From Candidatus Nealsonbacteria bacterium (lineage in GTDB: Bacteria; Patescibacteriota; Minisyncoccia; Minisyncoccales; JAGMDC01): DNA of 64,000 nucleotides. The position numbers and the translations under genes are program-made. The first letter of the stretch is position 1; every line of letters begins with the position of its first letter. Under the pieces are notes generated by a model. That model was not told the origin of the DNA. It worked only from the letters and a program-made list of their open reading frames with translations, and searched no databases. The stretch lies in NCBI GenBank assembly GCA_030612885.1, contig JAUWMZ010000002.1, positions 80,923 through 144,922 of the forward strand, given 5' to 3'. Positions 61,344 through 64,000 of this stretch are shown here, piece by piece.

Positions 61344-62513
61344 ATGGAAAAGGAACAAGTTCCTCGCAAGCGAGAGAAAAAGCAATCCGCCAGCTGGCGG
61401 AGAAAAACCAGAGTAATGGTGGCGATGTCTGGAGGAGTTGATTCTTCACTAGCAGCTGCTTTACTAAAAAAACAAGGCCTTGAAGTTCAAGGTGTTTTTT
61501 TAAAGCTTTTTGATTCAGATAGTTTCAAAAAGTCAGAGAAAAGAGCGAAAAAAGTAGCAGGAGCCTTAGGAATTCCTTTTTTTGTTTTGGATTTAAGAAA
61601 CGAGTTCAAAAAGAAAATAATTGATTATTTTATTAAAGAACTTCAGCAAGGAAAAACGCCAAATCCTTGTGTTTTGTGCAATAAAGAGATTAAGTTCGGG
61701 ATTTTATTAAAAAAGCTTAGAGAACTAAAAATTGATTTTGATTTCATTGCTACAGGACACTATGCTCGCCTGCGGCAAGAAATTCAAAACTGTAGATTGT
61801 TTAAGGCAAAAAATAAAGAAAAAGACCAATCATATTTTTTGTGGCAGCTTAATCAGAAACAGTTAAAACATATTTTATTTCCTATTGGAAATTATAAAAA
61901 AGAAGAAGTTAGAAATTTAGCTGAAAAATTTAAATTGCCTGCTTTTTCTTCTGAATCCCAGGAAATTTGTTTTATTGGGAAAAATATAGATGATTTTCTA
62001 AGAAAAAATTTTAAAATTAAAAAAGGCGATATTGTGAATACTGAAGGAAAAATTATTGGAAAACATCAGGGTTTATGGTTTTATACTATTGGCCAGAGAA
62101 AAACGATAGGGCTTTCCGGCGGTCCCTATTATGTTTTAGATAAAGACATCAGGAAAAATGTTTTGATTGTGACTAAAAACGAGAACGATCTGTACGGCAA
62201 AGAATTGATTGTGAAAAAGGTTAATTGGATTTCTGGAAAGGAACCAAAATTACCAATAAAAGTTAAAGCGAAAATTCGTTATCGCCACAAATCCGCTGCA
62301 GCCATTATTACACCTACACACCAGTTCGTAGGTGTAAAAAAGAATGAATTGAAAGTGGTTTTTGATAAGCCGCAGCGGGCAATTACTCCGGGCCAATCAG
62401 TGGTATTCTACTTGCCCGCCGAAGCTTTTTTATCCGCCGTAGCTTCAGCGAAGGCGGGAGCGAAGGAGGGTAAAGGTCAGGAACTTTTAGGTGGCGGTAT
62501 CATAGGAAGTTAA
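61344..62513 (+). CDS. mnmA: tRNA 2-thiouridine(34) synthase MnmA
   Basis: VAMSGGVDSS, PNPCVLCN, GGGIIGS end. The first 24 codons are hairpin-rich and ATG 61416 is an alternative start. Confidence 0.88.
   Translation: MEKEQVPRKREKKQSASWRRKTRVMVAMSGGVDSSLAAALLKKQGLEVQGVFLKLFDSDSFKKSEKRAKKVAGALGIPFFVLDLRNEFKKKIIDYFIKELQQGKTPNPCVLCNKEIKFGILLKKLRELKIDFDFIATGHYARLRQEIQNCRLFKAKNKEKDQSYFLWQLNQKQLKHILFPIGNYKKEEVRNLAEKFKLPAFSSESQEICFIGKNIDDFLRKNFKIKKGDIVNTEGKIIGKHQGLWFYTIGQRKTIGLSGGPYYVLDKDIRKNVLIVTKNENDLYGKELIVKKVNWISGKEPKLPIKVKAKIRYRHKSAAAIITPTHQFVGVKKNELKVVFDKPQRAITPGQSVVFYLPAEAFLSAVASAKAGAKEGKGQELLGGGIIGS
61348..61376. repeat. 29-nt segment AAAAGGAACAAGTTCCTCGCAAGCGAGAG, copy 2 (mnmA 5' end)
   Basis: Identical to 2336-2364 but read in a different codon phase. 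Followed by the palindrome CCGCCAGCTGGCGG at 61385-61398. Confidence 0.9.
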
Positions 62514-62662
62514 AAATGAAAAATTAAAAGTTTGTATAGAATTGCTATTGACATATTTTTAGAAATTTGATAGAAACAAAATACCATAAAATGGTGGAAC
62601 TTTTACATTTGAATATCCCACCGTATGATTATAAAAAGAAAAGGGAGGTGAAAAAAAAGAAA

Positions 62663-63508
62663 ATGGCAGAAAATGAGAAGAAAGGAAGAATAGTGGGAAT
62701 GAGTGAGGAGGACTATATTAACACGGTAGTGAAAAAAGGAGTAATTCTGCGACTTAAAACAGAAGCCGAGGGATTGTCAATAGATAATCTCAAATTAGAT
62801 TTGGAGACAAAGGAATTCAAAATGGAAGGCACAACTACTAACTTTGAAAAAGGCGAAATTTCATACCAGGGTCGGGCGAGTTTTGCATTACTGGTAGACG
62901 GAAAACAGATAGTAGATCAAATAGAAATGAGTTTCAATGAAAATTCCATAGAAATAGTTCCCAAAACAGAATTGTATTTGAATGCAAGGGATTATATTAC
63001 AAGTATAATAGAGAACTTTGCGGAACTAAAATCTCTTTGGTACAAATGCGATGTTTGCGGCAAACTGATAGAAATAGTAATTGAGTGGCAGCCACGTTCT
63101 TATGTCTACAGTAGAAAATTGTCAGTAATTTCTGGGGAAAAGCTTGATTGTGATTTCAACGCGGTTTACCAGAAATTGAAAGAAATCGCTTGGAGTAAAA
63201 GAGATGAAATCGCTAAAGAAAACTTCAGAGCAGTAGTTATAGACGATTTCGAGAAGTTAAAAGAATTCAGAGAATCTGCGGAGAAAATCATTGGTTCAAT
63301 AGAAAATCCTTCCGGCATCAAGCGTCCAACGGGTCGTGGTTTTTTTGGAAAATACGATATTTGCTCTAAATGTCAAAAAAAGATAAAGCCAGAAATGACC
63401 TTGGAGGAAATCGCTAAACTTTTGCCGGATTTTTGTGAGCTCAACAAAGAACACTGGGAGGACATTAAAGAAGTTCCAGTAAAATGCGAGCTTAAGCCCG
63501 AACTATAA
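62663..63508 (+). CDS. hypothetical protein with two CxxC pairs
   Basis: GGGAGGTG SD before ATG 62663. CDVCG...CSKCQ. The track start 62567 is upstream of the putative TTGACA-N17-TAGAAA promoter region at 62548-62576. Confidence 0.5.
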   Translation: MAENEKKGRIVGMSEEDYINTVVKKGVILRLKTEAEGLSIDNLKLDLETKEFKMEGTTTNFEKGEISYQGRASFALLVDGKQIVDQIEMSFNENSIEIVPKTELYLNARDYITSIIENFAELKSLWYKCDVCGKLIEIVIEWQPRSYVYSRKLSVISGEKLDCDFNAVYQKLKEIAWSKRDEIAKENFRAVVIDDFEKLKEFRESAEKIIGSIENPSGIKRPTGRGFFGKYDICSKCQKKIKPEMTLEEIAKLLPDFCELNKEHWEDIKEVPVKCELKPEL

Positions 63509-63758
63509 AACGAGTAAAAAAAATCAAATTATGAGGAAATTACTTTCATTTCCTCTTTTTTTATTTTTTTTAACAAGGCAAAAATTCTCTAAAAAGTTAT
63601 CCACAGGTGATTTTTCCTTATTTCTGTTATAATATAATAATTTTGAGACCTAAAACCTGCGTGAGAGTGTTTTAAAATTAAATTCTCAAAGCAAGTTTAG
63701 GTAAAGGTCGAATTAAGAATTTATAGAAATATAAATATTAATAAAACTAAAAAATAAT

Positions 63759-64000
63759 ATGGTTTTCACGAATTGGGCAGAAATAACATTTGAAAAATTA
63801 GGAGAATTATGGTTAGGAATTTTAGATTTCATTCCAGCCTTAATTGGAGCTTTGGTTGTTTTTGTTATAGGTTGGTTTATAGCTTTAGCAATTGGAAGAC
63901 TAATTTCAGAAATTTTGATTCGCATTAAATTTAATGAACTTTTTGAAAGAACTGATTGGAAACAGGCATTGGAAAAAGCAAAACTTAACGTTAATCCAGC
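63759..64000 (+). CDS. membrane protein (mechanosensitive-channel/TM-helix-repeat-like), 3' end outside the window
   Basis: Read by hand: MVFTNWAEITFEKLGELWLGILDFIPALIGALVVFVIGWFIALAIGRLISEILIRIKFNELFERTDW... The track lists only the antisense shadow 63713..63925. Confidence 0.5.
   Translation, partial: MVFTNWAEITFEKLGELWLGILDFIPALIGALVVFVIGWFIALAIGRLISEILIRIKFNELFERTDWKQALEKAKLNVNP

Overview
AT-rich (roughly one-third GC by eye), gene-dense window with almost all genes on the plus strand. The gene content suggests a small-genome bacterium of the Patescibacteria/CPR type, Parcubacteria-like; this is inference from short housekeeping genes, archaeal-type apgM, a DUF1614-like protein, a sigma-r4/HARE-HTH protein and a Lys-rich FtsZ. 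UGA is a stop codon here, because prfB carries the classical CTT TGA C +1 frameshift. Core genes: murB, secA, secDF, pgk, recJ, rnhA, RNase P RNA, murJ, lepA, prfB, ftsEX, engB, a DEAD-box helicase, xseAB, xth, citrate synthase, ftsZ, galU, eno, apgM, a ROK kinase, gapA, acs, tpiA, mnmA and 3 tRNAs. There are two accessory patches. (i) 24.7-35.1 kb, right after tRNA-Gln: a tandemly duplicated two-gene module wrapped around an ECF sigma factor with two AAC-N16-CGT promoters. It is followed by a restriction-modification-like cluster whose methyltransferase is fused in one ORF to a complete LexA (wHTH, Ala-Gly site, Ser/Lys dyad). (ii) 39.4-42.3 kb: a Cys-rich ORF, a zincin-like peptidase, a small ORF overlapping a radical SAM gene at a slippery A_AAT_TTT-TAG site, a truncated csaA and a toxin-like mini-ORF. 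The most unusual genome-level signal is a population of short GC-rich palindromic elements. Some share termini or identical 19-29 nt cores. They sit in spacers and also in-frame inside essential genes (pgk, eno, murB, lepA, ftsZ, secA, mnmA and a duplicated tpiA 5' end), which resembles RPE/MITE-like behaviour. All calls come from hand reading and motif recognition; no searches were run.
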